A stretch of DNA of 58,302 bases, counting the filler, from Blastocystis sp. subtype 4 (lineage: Eukaryota), in NCBI RefSeq assembly GCF_000743755.1. It is 2 parts of 2 records of this genome, joined end to end, with 100 filler letters (N's around TTAATTAATTAA, not from the genome) between each part and the next. Parts side by side here need not be neighbours in the genome. Positions count along the whole stretch, not along the records: positions 1 to 29,175 come from NW_014569420.1; positions 29,276 to 58,302 come from NW_014569418.1. One strand, 5' to 3'. Both the position numbers and the translations under genes were made by a program. Positions within the stretch are counted from its first letter, which is position 1; every line of letters begins with the position of its first letter. Positions 23,403 through 35,867 of this stretch are shown piece by piece. A model generated the notes under the pieces. It did not search any database and was not told the origin of the DNA. It saw nothing but the letters and a program-made list of their open reading frames with translations.

Positions 23403-26054
23403 TTATTCTACTTTCACACGTTTTGATTCAGATTCACCTTCTGGAGGACCCAGATTTACAGTCAAATTCATTTGAATAGGTGTTGAAGTCCTCAATCCTG
23501 ATCCGAAAAACGATACAACAGAGGAACCACTGCTATCTATCTCTTCCTCTTCTTCTTTCGATCCAAAGGATGGTAGGGACCGCTGTTCCATAGTTGGAAT
23601 CATTACATTCTCCTCCTCTTCCGAATCGAAGTAGGCTTCTTCGTCCATTCGTTCCTTCTCTTGATCTAACACAGGAGTTGGAGATGATGTTGGAACTGAA
23701 TCCGTTTTTGACAAACTGTCAGAAAACTCCAGGATTTTGTTAAAAGGAGTAAATGACGCGATTTCGGTTCCTTTCACATTGGCAGCAATGTTTATCAACA
23801 ACTCAATCTGCTTATTCAGATATATGGTATTGAAAAAATGAAAGAGAGATACCGCTAATAGATTGTTCTTTTGGAGTACAGAAATCGTAGCTATTTTGTA
23901 TACTTCATTGATCATTCCTTTCCTCACTAATAACACTGCAAACCATTCTGTTTTCAACGAAACTCCACTGTTTAAGAATCGAATCACAGCTATCACTCAC
24001 ATCACGATGAAACTCCTACCACACCGAAGAACTGCAGGATGGGAAGGATCCAAAAGACGAGCGAGATTCATGAGAATCACCCCATCTTCAAGGAGGGAAT
24101 GCATGAATGATTGATGAATACTGATGAAAGCAGAGAGTAATTCGATTGTTAGAAGAATTCCATCCACATTTGGACGAGACTGGTTAGAGACAGCTTGAGT
24201 CGAGAGATCGACATCACTGATCAGAGCATCTGTGAGTTGATGAACGTAATTGGTGTAAAAGAGTCGAATGAACTCACGATCATCCAGCTACAATGAAAGA
24301 GAAACCACAACAGGTACATCGAACAAGGGATCTCGTCCTACCAGAGTACCAATGGTTTGAAAAACACTCTGTTGGACTCCATAGTCATCTGAATATAACA
24401 TTAGCCGAAGAAGAAGTGAGAACAAAGAAGATGCTAATGGATTGGTACGATCAAAGAAGTATTTGTTGCAATAAGCAGTATTGAGTTTTGCTAAGCGTTC
24501 TATGATCAATACACTATAAATTAGGTCTATTTAATGGAATGACAGTTTTTGGATCGATTTCGGAGATTGCCTATTTGCTGCTAGTATTCGTGAAATGGAG
24601 TCTAAAATAGTCGGACCTTTTATCTGGATCCTCGAAACAATCGAATCATCTCCTTCAACATCACTCATATCATCACCTAATTCAATTCCACAAAATGATC
24701 TGAATTTGAAATCTTCGAATTAGGATTACTGGAAGAGTGTGGAAATGGAATCTGGAGCCGAATCCAAACAAGCAGTGTACAGCAATTCGTATACCAATCC
24801 AATCACTTCAGTATCATCATTCTCTGGATTCAACATCTGTAAACTACAACTAAATAATCTTCAGCTATCCAAACATCTCATTTACACATCCTGATGGAGA
24901 ACAGATTGATTGTAGGATCAATCGGAGATTCTCTTTTATCAAGATTGTGATAGAACTCTCCTGAAACAGCTCTGTCATGTCAACACGAACTGCATCCTTT
25001 ACATAACAAAGCAGAGATTCACATACACGAATGTACATTAGTCGGAAAGTGAGATGAATAAGTCGTAATATCTCTGTATTCTGGAATTCCAATACTTTAT
25101 GATACGTTACTCGATTCTCAAAGACCTCTCGATGATGAGCATGCATAGTCTGGTATGTATCATCATAATCTATCATTGATCAACAAATTCAGTACTACAA
25201 TCTAACACTCCAAATACAAGAAGATAATTTTTATCACTGAGAGCGCAATTGATGAAATTGCGAGAACCTATCTGAACTACACGTAAAATCATTGATTTGA
25301 TACTACTTAGTGACATGATAGCTTTTGCGAGGTCATGAACGGAAGACAAGTCTTCCATATCGATGTAGTCTTGAGCGTATGAAAGAAGAGTATGAAGGTA
25401 TTCTCCATCCTAATGATGATAAATTGAACAAATATATACGTTTTGGATGAGAGTTGTTACTAGAGGCACGAATTGATTTGGTTGGGCATTATACATCATG
25501 GACACAATTGCTGGAAATGTAGCCATTGATACACTGGGAAGTTCCAGTGGAGAATCACCACCAGCATCTTCATCAAAAGCAAGGAGCGAGGCAGATTCTA
25601 GTTTACTAAGAGTTCGAAAGGTGATTACCATTGGATACCATATGACTATTGCAGTATTCACTGATTTGAGCACTAAAATCAATTTCATTCCCAATCTTTA
25701 CAAAACCAGATCACGATATTCGGAGGTAAGAAAACTGAGAGCATATTCACGATGAATTTCATCTGTCCACTGAATTAGACATTCTGTACATGATACAACA
25801 CAAACTTTCTTTACTGTCACTCTCCTGATACTTAAGACATGGATTGATCGGAATTGAGTGTAAAATATCGGATTCGTCCTCTGGATCATGCATCTCAATA
25901 TGTTTCTCGTTTGTATTCTAGTCGGTCATCACCTGTATCTTCCACCTGCATTATCTGTATTCATCTGAACGATTCCAACGCAATCAGCTCTCCAGTCTCC
26001 ATTCTCCATAAGGGAATAGAGTTTTGCTAACCGCTCGTCTTTCTTCTCAGCCAT
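23403..26054 (-). CDS. PPP4R3: Protein phosphatase 4 regulatory subunit 3 (SMEK/Psy2)-like
   Basis: EVH1-like start (AKLYSLMENGDWRADCVG, ALSFLT), LRLIHLTFRLMYIR, NNLLAVSLFHFF and MDEEAYFDSEEE. Confidence 0.8.
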
Positions 26055-26200
26055 TTCTCTTGTAGTAGTGAGAAGCCTTTTTGATTTTGAGATTATTGTG
26101 TCAAAATACCCCCGATTTCTCATGCCACTTCTGGCGGGAATGGAGTTCGGTTTGAAAAACATTTGAAAACAAACAAAGGGTCTTAATAAAACACTAGCAA

Positions 26201-28759
26201 TCACATATAAAACATAAGAAGACGTATAAATGACAGCTGTACTTCGCTATTCAACTTGAGGTACACTTTCTTTCTCTTCTGTTCTTTTCACTTCTCCAGC
26301 CGGCGCCGTTTCATTCTCCTTCTTTCCGTGTTCTTCATTTCCTTTCTCCTTATTGCCAGAATGTGTCTTATTCCCACTCGGTTTCAATGAATTAAACATT
26401 CGTTTCATTGGAGCCATTACCCCTACTCAATCACCCTCAAACAGTAGTCTCACTCTGATCAATCTCCCATTTCGTCTTCTTACTGTTTCCAGCACCCTCT
26501 CCATCTGGAATAGCATCTCCTCCAACTTCCTCCTTTTCAGTTTTCATTTCTGGGCCACTGGTCACAGATTCTTCAGGATCCATTCCTTCTTTCTTTCCCT
26601 TTCCCATGGGTAGGAACTTATTAAACTTCGATTCCTTCTTCTCCTTCTTCTTTTCGTCTTCTGTTTTTCGGTTCCACACGCCCAAAAGTCGCGCACTCAT
26701 ACTCACTCCCTTCTTCTCTTCTGTTACTTCTGTTGCTAACTCTGGCTTCATGATACCCTCGCCATCTTGTTCCTGGGCGGGTAGAGAGAGATCCTTCGAC
26801 GATCTGTTCCTAAACAACGTTGTGAAATCTTCTGTGAAATCGATCGGAATCACGGGAGTTTCATCTTCTTGACTCACTTTAAATTCCTTCTGTTCTAGCA
26901 GTTCTGATTGTTCTTGATGCTCTTCCAGTTCTTGTGGTTCTCCAGCTGGTTCCGAGGGCGAGACCATGAGATCTGAGGTTTGGGTGACAGAACGACTGTG
27001 GGACTTATTATAAACCACACTGTTACTGTCACTATCTTCTTCTCCAGAGACCAGTGATCGACTGCTCAGCGAAAGTAGACTGTTCCCAACTACCACTGAG
27101 GGAGACTGCTTGTCTTTCAACTCTTGGATTTCAGGTGTCGTCCTAACACACACACTCCCTTCCCGACTTCGTTTCTCTGTTATTTCCTCATCACTCAATA
27201 ATTCTGTGACAGGAGTTTCCAAAGCATCTTCCATTACCAATTTCTGTAATTCCAAATGTCGAAGAGTTTTCTTCAAATCTGCTTCTGCTTCTATCATTCA
27301 TTCATTCCGATAATACTTACTCTCATCATTATAAAAGTCTTCCACAGAAGCCAACTTCTCCACACTCTTGGGAGTTTCAATGACATTCTCACTATCAGAT
27401 TCTACCGTGATTTGACCCGGATCTATCTCTTATTCTCTGAAAGTACTATCACTTGGTTTCATGGTATCGTATGTCTTTGGTTCTTGAACACGTGTCCGGT
27501 TCGCCTTCTTTGCCGCCTTTGCTGCTGCCTTTGCTGCTGCCTCCTCTTCTGCCTTCCGTCTCTCTTCTTCCATCTGCCGTTCATATTCTCTTCGTGCTTC
27601 TAAGAAGGCTTCATAGGTTGATGTCTGGATATCACATCCCATCATCATTCCTACGGACACATATTCAGCCAATGCCACATCAGACTGATGAAGTGATTGC
27701 AATGTGCTAATGATCTGAGACTGTAGTTGAGCGAGACGAAGAATGAAGAAAGGTTCAGTTAGAAAGAGATAGATAGACTATGATAATCATGACCAAGACT
27801 CACACTGTACATGCAAACCGAATTTCTCAAGGAAGGAAGACTCGACCAATCGAATTAAACGACGATGTCCCTGATAAAACTCACCCACTAAGGTGCCAAA
27901 CGAATGAGAATCTGCTGGAATCGAACAAGATGGATTTGGTTCCGAGTGAGGAGAATCCAGAGTGGAAATCGAACTACACTGCTCAATTAATGATTTTAGT
28001 TCCTCTGAAGTGATCTTCCATTTATCCGGTTCATCTCTAAACTAAAGTATTCACTTGAATTCAAACCTGAAGTTGGCAACAACAAGAATTGGAATATGCG
28101 TTGGAATATTTACAATATTCGTTTTGAAGTATTCAATCGACTCCAACTACAATATTAGCTTCCCCACCAACCATCAACATTTCGAGGATCCACAATAAAG
28201 ATACAAGCATGACAACCTTGATATATACTAATGTTTCCCCCACTTATGTCATCTGTACATAACCATCTCCACCTCAATGCTACCGAAAACATAACTTCCA
28301 CTCTGAACACCGCCTTTCTTAGCCATTTCTAGAAGTCTACGAAAACAAATACCTCTCACCAGTAATGGTCTCCACTGATACCTGATCCTTTTTACCTTCA
28401 CTTGACTTGTCCATTACATCCCAAATCTCAATCTACATAAATTATGGCTTCAACCTAAACAATCTCACCTTAACTCGATCCTTCGTTGTTGGATTGGTCC
28501 AGAAAACGTGTGTGGTGTTGATTTCTTGTGACGGAACGTATTTTTCTGGACATGGTTTTCCCTGAAAGACATCAAAGAGACTTGTTTTCCCGACTCCTTT
28601 CATTCCTCGAAAAACAATCTTCACTACACAATAAAAACAACAATCCGAAAAGGACTTACTGTTGTGCATCTCAATCTTCTGAGAACTTCCAAATCCAAAG
28701 AATCCACCTCGCTTTTTCATAAAGTCATCTCCAAGGGGTTTGCTTATATCGCTTCCCAT
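26201..28759 (-). CDS. RABL6: Rab-like GTPase, RABL6/PARF-like, with a long charged C-terminal tail
   Basis: VKIVFRGMKGVGKTSLF...YVPSQEINTTHVFWTNPTTKDRVK|IEIWDVMDK follows the RABL6 pattern. Minus-strand motif at 26168-26175. Confidence 0.75.
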
Positions 28760-29175
28760 GATAACTTAAAGAAAAGTGGCGAAGACATCTATCCCAAAAG
28801 ATGTATATCTATTTATTTATGTAGAATATAGTCTAAAAATGGCTTTGGAAGCATACAACAGTCGGATACTCATTCCTGGTATTCGGTTGCTCTTTAACTA
28901 AATCATTCTATGAACGCTTGTGAAACAGATTCGCATTTCATTCTTGAGATGATGTGTCGTATCAACAGAGAAATGGAAAACAGTGCAGAGTCAACTCGGA
29001 TTCATGGTAATTTAGATATCCAAAGGATTGATCCATGTATATCCATTATTCAAGGAGAGAACTGAACGTATTCCTATATAGATGGGGTACAAATTGAGTC
29101 CCTTGTCCTTTGCTGAACACATGCCATATCAAATCTGAACCCCCTGGATAGATTGTCGTTCACATTATTCCTTTT

Positions 29176-29275
29176 NNNNNNNNNNNNNNNNNNNNNNNNN
29201 NNNNNNNNNNNNNNNNNNNTTAATTAATTAANNNNNNNNNNNNNNNNNNNNNNNNNNNNNNNNNNNNNNNNNNNN
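29176..29275. other. Assembly gap with artificial TTAATTAATTAA spacer
   Basis: 100-nt N run with TTAATTAATTAA at 29220-29231, a palindrome with stops in all six frames. Confidence 0.97.
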
Positions 29276-29445
29276 AAGTACAATCCCACAGCTCGTTCAC
29301 AAACCGATGTCAATTCCCCTGTCTTCTTCGCAACCGAAGTCAGTCTCTGCATAGCGTCTCTTGTTGAGGAGAAAATGTATGAATACAGAAAAGTGGAATC
29401 TGTGAAATCATGGTAATTTCTGGAATCCTCTCTTTTTGAATCATT

Positions 29446-31052
29446 ATGAACTGGAAGGGTTCATTCATCGTTGATAACTTTTCTAGTATATCTACAGAAC
29501 AGAGCAGTAGCAAATCAACTCTAAGGTGTAAGCACTGTGGTTGTCCTGTGATCAATCAACCTGATAAATTACGTTTTCATCTATCATTTTGTGAGGAATA
29601 TGCCAGAGTATGCCGAATTTTGTTGAAAATGAGTGATAGAATCAAAAACGGTCAACTAAAAGTACTGTCTCCCTTCCTGTAAATGCTTATCAGACTGAAG
29701 TCATCCAGAATAGTGATGAATCAATAAGTTGGATATTGATGGGATCGCTTATCCTTAGCTAAGCGCTATTTAAACATGGGAATTATCTGTAATGGCAACA
29801 ATCTTCAAACTCTCTTTTATCATGTCGCTACAGGTTGTGTTTTTATCGAAGAATTAACAGTAGTGCAGAAAACAGGCAGAGCTTGTTTGTCATGTGGATC
29901 TTTTTCTCTGATTCAAACAGAATCTCTCCAAATAGGAAAGGATCTTGGGATCCTCCCTTCTCGTTGTTATTCGGAGTCAGCATTTATCTATTCGTTCATT
30001 TGTAGTATCCATACTATTTGTAGTAAAGAGAAGTCCCGTCCTAAGGGTATGGGAATGGATTTTCTCACTATTCTTACGCCTGTGAATTCTCACTATTTTA
30101 TTGCTCTCGAAGCTCTTGAAGTGAGTCTAAATTTGGTCTAGTGATCGTACAGAGTGGATATCATGTACTCTGTGAGTCACCATTGTGTATTACAGAAATT
30201 GAGGCAGCCACTTTAGAAAAAGCTGCTATTGTAAAGGGCCTCGTGTTTCATGTTGCAAATCCATTGTGTTATTATGGAATGACCCGTTTAGTAGCATCTT
30301 TTCTAGAGCTTCATTTGTAGGCTCGTCAGATTGTTCAAAATTACATACTGGGAGAAATTCTGTTTATTCGAATCGAATTTTTCCAATCACAGAATCTCCT
30401 TTCTTCGTCGCATGTTGAAAACCCTTTTGAAGTGGGTCTCTCTGATTGTACAGCTGAACTAGGTATTCCTGCCTATGAACTATTACGGTTTATTGTGGAG
30501 AAACCAATCTATCGCTTAATGTCGTGCTTCGCTCAATTATCTCCAGATCGACCTCTGGATGATTCGGCCTACATTATGATGGAGCTAGAAGGTGGAGCCT
30601 ATGCTTCTATGTGTCTGACCAAAACGTCCTTGAATTATGACAATCACTTTCAAATCGAAATTGAGGGTAGTAATGGTAGTTTACTATGGAGGAATGACCG
30701 TTGTGGTGTATTTCAACACTTATGGATTTATGAGTAGGAATTACAAGTTCATTTGGTCGATGAGACAGCTGAATTACTAACTGTTCACTCGGATGTGGAA
30801 TATCATGGAATCCATGTCCGCGAGTTCTGTCAACAAGCAGAACAGGCTGTGGATAATCCTTCAGAAGGAATTTGTTCAATGTATGATGCCTTTTTCGATG
30901 ACATTGATAAATGTTCTCAGGGTCTACAATTGGATGCGAGTAACATGAGTGTGTCAAGAGCCTTGGACAGCATGCTTTTTCTGTCTTGTTGTGTCACGAG
31001 CAACATACATCAGAGTAGTTGGGTTGAGATGGCTCGTTCGGAAGATCTTTGA
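29446..31052 (+). CDS. Gfo/Idh/MocA-family oxidoreductase-like protein with an N-terminal CCHC zinc finger
   Basis: CKHC-x12-H-x3-C joined in frame by two ~31-nt introns to LNMGIIC..., DFLTILTPVNSHYFIALEALESGYHVLCESP and LDDSAYIMMELEGGA...IEIEGSNGSLLW. Variant motif TGTTTGTG at 31073-31080. Confidence 0.7.
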
Positions 31053-31094
31053 TTCTTTTCCCTTTTTGATGTTGTTTGTGAAATACATTTTTCT

Positions 31095-32028
31095 ATGCAA
31101 TCAATAGAATCGGTTTTAGTAGAGTGCGAAAGGATTATAGACTCGTTTCTTGATGATTCCAAGTTAGGTAAGAACATGATGAGTATCATCCTGTCTAGTC
31201 GATTTTTATGAACCAGTAAAATGGGAAGCACTTGGCTTATTTGACTATTTACAGGTTATTAAGAAACCTATGGACTTATCGACTGTTAAGGTATTCAACA
31301 AAACTTTGCAAATATCCCTTAGAGAAATCTTGTTGAGAAGAAATACAAAACTCCATTCGAATTTGCTTACGATGTAAGACTAATTTGGAAGAACTGCTTG
31401 TTATACAATGGAGTCATATTCTCTGAAATATATCTGACGTTTAGGAAGCATGCTTTGTATCAGAAGTAGCAATCAAGTATAAGCGAATCTTTGAAGATCG
31501 TTTCACACGTATGATGAACTCCTGTACTAATTACTCATTCAACTAATTCGTAGGTGTTGCCAAAATGCCGTTAAAAGTGTTGTTAGTTTGTTGATCGAAT
31601 AGAGCTGCTACTGTGAATGCAAAACGAAAACTGATACGAGACGTTGCATCATTAGATATAAAACACATTTCTGTGATTGTTCAGATGGTGTGGGAGATTT
31701 GTCCTGATGCGATTACTGTATGTCCTTTATTCTTAGTTTAGTCATTCAGAAATCAACAGAGATATTTGAAGTTGATGCTGAGAGATTGACAAAGTTTGCT
31801 TATTACATGATAGCTGCGTACACAGACTCTGTAGCTTCAAGCAGTGATATTAAGATTGATGGCAATTATGAAAAACCGAAGGTTGTTGAATCAATCTCTC
31901 TGGTGGAAACACCAACCACAACTCCATCTGTCCCTACACCTATTGAAAGAGTAAGGCAATCAAGTATGGAAATTGAGATTCATTGTCATGAACAATTACC
32001 AACAGATCCTTCCGATAATAGTTCCTAA
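31095..32028 (+). CDS. Single-bromodomain protein with an ET-like C-terminal region
   Basis: FYEPVKWEALGLFDYLQVIKKPMDLSTVK|RNLVEKKYKTPFEFAYDVRLIWKNCLLYN, later EIFEVDAERL. Confidence 0.85.
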
Positions 32029-32078
32029 TTCAATGGATAGAGCAGAAACCTTCCGATATGTATAACAACAAACAATCA

Positions 32079-33621
32079 AAACTGTTTCCTTTTCCTCTGT
32101 TTGTTCTTTCACATCAAGATATGACCAGTCTTTTGGAATACACGTTACAAGAATTGCTACAAAGACTAAGCAAGCTAAAGCACTAATCATCATTGCTCCT
32201 CAGGATCCTCACATTGTAATTCCTAACACACCTATTCGCTTCACCATCGTTGTAACAAAGAATGCCGAGCATAGAGACGAAAAGACTAGGTTTAATTCTC
32301 TCATTCAATCCTACTCACAGCCGTAAACACCAGTCCGTAGATAGTTCCAAAGTACTCACTTCCAAAGGATTTATCTGTGAATGTTGGGATCATAGCAAAC
32401 ACACCACCAATACACCAATACAAGGCACACACCCAGACCATAAACATCCATTTCCCTCCCACTTTGGTGAAGTTAAATGTTCCGATAAACACACAGAACA
32501 AACACAACATGGATCCCATGGACTTCTTGTAGCCAAATCGGTCCATCATACTACCCCAGAAAGGACGACAGAGACCATTGCACACAGACGAGATCGATCC
32601 TACTAAAACTAAGAAGAAATCATCCTCAATAAAGGATTGACCGAAAAACTAGGGATTATGAACAATCTATGAAACGACCTTATAGAAGGAAGAAACGAAA
32701 ATATTCGTCATGGATGCGCACAATAAGGTGACCCAAATCTCCCAGAATTTGGATGTCTTGGCAGCTTCTTTCATTGTTAAACTCTTTTTTGTAGACTGAG
32801 TAGTGACAAGCGAAGTTTCAGTTTCACTGACAAGTTGTTTCTGCTCCTCTTCATTCGGTTCTGTGATTAACAGGATTCCGATCAACTGCATCAAAGCATA
32901 GCAGAGACCAAGAATGAGGAATACTTTTGGCATATGCTCGACAATCTCCTTTGGGAAAAATTTCTCCTAAGGCTTAGTCTGATCACTGACAACTACTTTC
33001 GTAACTCCAGTAGGATCGATTACTGGTTTCACATTCTTAGGATTGATAATGAGTGTTTCAATAAAATTGAAGATCAAAGAACCCAAACCAAATCCAAGGA
33101 CAATCAGTCCATTTGCCAAGCCACGACGATTGGGCATCCACTTCATTGCTAGACATCAAATCAATAATTCTCAGTTACCAGCAGTCATTGGAGAAGAGTA
33201 TGCAACTCCAACACCGACTCCAAAGAGCATTCCATAGGTTGCACAGAAAAGATAGAAATTATTAACTGTCCAATAGCCACAGAGTGTAGAAAGAGAGAGT
33301 AAAGCACAACCAGTGATCATAGCCCAACGTAGTCCCAGTACTCTTTGAACCGAACCTCCAACAATCATGCAGGTAGCCTAAGAATAACGAATACCGTATA
33401 CTTCGGACTTGACCAAGAGACTGAAGAGCAAAAACCCAAGGAGACATAGATTCATCCATATTCTACAAATTACAGTGTGCAACAATCGTCACCCTTTCAT
33501 TTTTTACTACATGTAGATAAGATATAACATATGTCGACAAGTTTGACGCTGTATACAACGTCCCCAGAGTAAGGTGGATAAGTATTCCTCCCACCAATGT
33601 TAAAACTGCTTTAACATGCAT
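32079..33621 (-). CDS. MFS transporter, oxalate:formate antiporter (OFA)-like; stop codon probably completed by poly(A)
   Basis: LVGGILIHLTLGTLY, YGMLFGVGVGVAYSSPM, CNGLCRPFWGSMMDRFGYK, FGSEYFGTIYGLVF. Minus-strand motif at 32067-32074. Confidence 0.88.
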
Positions 33622-33708
33622 CAGAATAAACAATTGTGTTCCATGGAGGATATAATGGGAACATAGTTGGTATTCCCGCGGAACTTCCTAAGAATCATAT
33701 AGAAAAAA

Positions 33709-33781
33709 GCACACAGTGGGACTTGAACCCACAATCTCTTGCTCCGTAGGCAAGCGCCTTATCCAATTAGGCTATGCGTGC
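33709..33781 (-). tRNA. tRNA-Arg(ACG)
   Basis: GCACGCATAGCCTAATTGGATAAGGCGCTTGCCTACGGAGCAAGAGATTGTGGGTTCAAGTCCCACTGTGTGC; anticodon arm CTTGC-CTACGGA-GCAAG; followed by a T6 terminator. Confidence 0.95.
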
Positions 33782-33849
33782 TTGTTCATTTTTTCTCAAG
33801 AAGCTATATAAGAGTGGAACTTTAATTCTGTATCCATATTAAGAAAGAT

Positions 33850-34240
33850 ATGAGAGAAAGTGAAAACGAAAAGAAACTCCGAATTGCAGTTGGCAAGTGC
33901 ACAAGGTTGGAAACAAAAGGAAGTGTGATGATGAAGGTTATCCAAGGAGATTGAATCTTATTTGAAAGAGGAGAAGAGCGAAACAGAACAAATTGAACAA
34001 ATGAGAGAATCCAAAGCTGATGAATATGATATCAAGCAACTAGTTACAGTTAATTGATCTATGAAGTGTAGGAAAATGTACTAGCTCAAACAAAACAAAT
34101 GATTCCTCGAGTGAAGAAGGACTATGACCAATCGTTGGAAGAGTTGGATGATTTGTTGGCAGTTTTAGAATCCGATGAATCTATTCAATCGAATACTATG
34201 TTTGCAAAAGCAAAAGAACTAGTGAATGAGAAGAAGTTGT
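33850..34240 (+). CDS. TBCA: Tubulin-folding cofactor A; stop codon probably completed by poly(A)
   Basis: KLRIAVGKCTR|LSKEIESYLKE...ADEYDIKQL|ENVLAQTKQMIPRV. Motif at 34245-34252. Confidence 0.88.
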
Positions 34241-34371
34241 CTCTTGTTTGTTTTTATGTTATTACAATGCATCCCAAATCATCGAAAAGGATAGCTTCCC
34301 AGATTTCGTTTATAGTCTATGAACAGGAAGTTTCGTTTGAATGTAACTCCCTTTGTCTTCCTCAATAACAG

Positions 34372-35839
34372 ATGTTTCGAAGCAGATTAATTCGTTCGGT
34401 TGTATCAGCAAGTCGCATGGCTGTGAAGCCAGTCATAGCGAAATGCCCGTTGTCACTGGTTCCTGTTCGCATGTATGGCACATACAGACCGTTCAATTCC
34501 TTTGGAATGCAACAGAGATTCTTCTCAACTGATATGAGTTCTGCTGCTGATATCAAGCAGAGAATTGAAGCCTGTACATTTAATGATGCTGCAAAGGAAA
34601 AGATCATCTCGGAAGAAGCCAAGAAGAAGAATTTTGAAGCACTCCGTGCCGTGGGAGAAGAGTGATTATCTAGACTCGATATTATCCATAGATTTGTGGA
34701 GAAACCAGAGACTAAGGAACTTGGAATTTTGTGTTTTGTTCAAGCTGCCGATAATGGTGATATTCTCTCTCAGTTTGCAGTGGGAAATCTGTACATGCAG
34801 CGTTACTGGCAAGAGAAGATGAAACCTGACTTGTAGCCTCTGGTTTAGTGGTTGATTCGTAGTGATCCTCGACTTCGTGACAATTTGATGGAGAAGGCAA
34901 TGTTGTGGTACGATATGGCAGCGAAGCAAGGTCATATTCCAAGCAAAGTTGGATATGCCAAGATGTGCCTGGAGGACCCAACACGAGATAACGTTCAGAA
35001 GGCTCTTACTATCTATGAAGAAGCTGATAAGGCAAATAATGTGGATGCCACCTACAATCTTGGATTCGTAAACGTCTTCTTTCATTTTGATCTAGATTTA
35101 TTATGAAGGTCTGTACAATGTTCCAAAGGATCGTGTGAAGGGTTTTGGATACTTGCGCCGAGCAGCCGAATTGGGTGATATTTCGGCTTGTTATTTCCTT
35201 GGCTTCAGCTATCACAAAGGACTCTTCGAAAATGATAACCCCAATGCTCCTGTTCCCACAACGAGCAAGCCTGGTGAAGGTGGTTCCAAATTATGTGAGA
35301 AGGATATAACGAAGTGTTTGGAGTATTTAGAGAAAGCTGCTAGTGGTGGTCACACCAAAGCGCAATTGTATCTGCATCAGATGTACAAAACTGCTGATGG
35401 AGTTGAGAAGGATTTGGCGAAAGCCAAAGATTATCTGATTCGTGCAATGCGTCAGGGAGATCCAGAAGCTCTTTTTATCCGTGGAAATCAATTCTATGCT
35501 GGAGAGGATGGTGAACCTGTGGATAAGGCAAAGGCTCTCAAGTTGTTTTTGGATGCGGGTGAAAGAGGAAGTGCTGATGCTATGTGTAGTGCTGGAGCGA
35601 TGATTTACAATGGTGAGGGTCAGGAAAAGGACTTGAAGAAGGCATTTGAAGTATATACGAATGCTGCTTCGTTGGGATCTCTTGCCGCTGTCAAGAATGT
35701 AGTATTGAATAAGAATGTCAATAGGTAGATCGCATCCATGTACCTTCTTGGAGAAGGCGTTGAAAAGGATCCGGAGACTGCAAAGAATCTGATGACGTTT
35801 ATTGAAGCAGAAGAGAAGAAGTTGAAGGGACAGAATTAG
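34372..35839 (+). CDS. Sel1-like repeat protein with a probable mitochondrion-related-organelle targeting peptide
   Basis: Arg/Ser-rich, acid-free N-terminus ending QRFFSTD; repeated SLR motifs (AMLWYDMAAKQGH, YLRRAAELGDISACYFLG, YLEKAASGGHTKAQ, GQEKDLKKAFEVY). Confidence 0.85.
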
Positions 35840-35867
35840 GGTTGATTTTGTTTGTAGCAAACAATTG

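Noticed and set aside
29220..29231. Palindromic TTAATTAATTAA island within Ns
   Set aside because: Artificial six-frame-stop scaffold spacer, not biology. Adjacency across the gap is unverified.
28800..29445. Possible small gene flanking the gap
   Set aside because: Intron-like segments exist, but I could not build a consistent frame or recognise a product on either strand.
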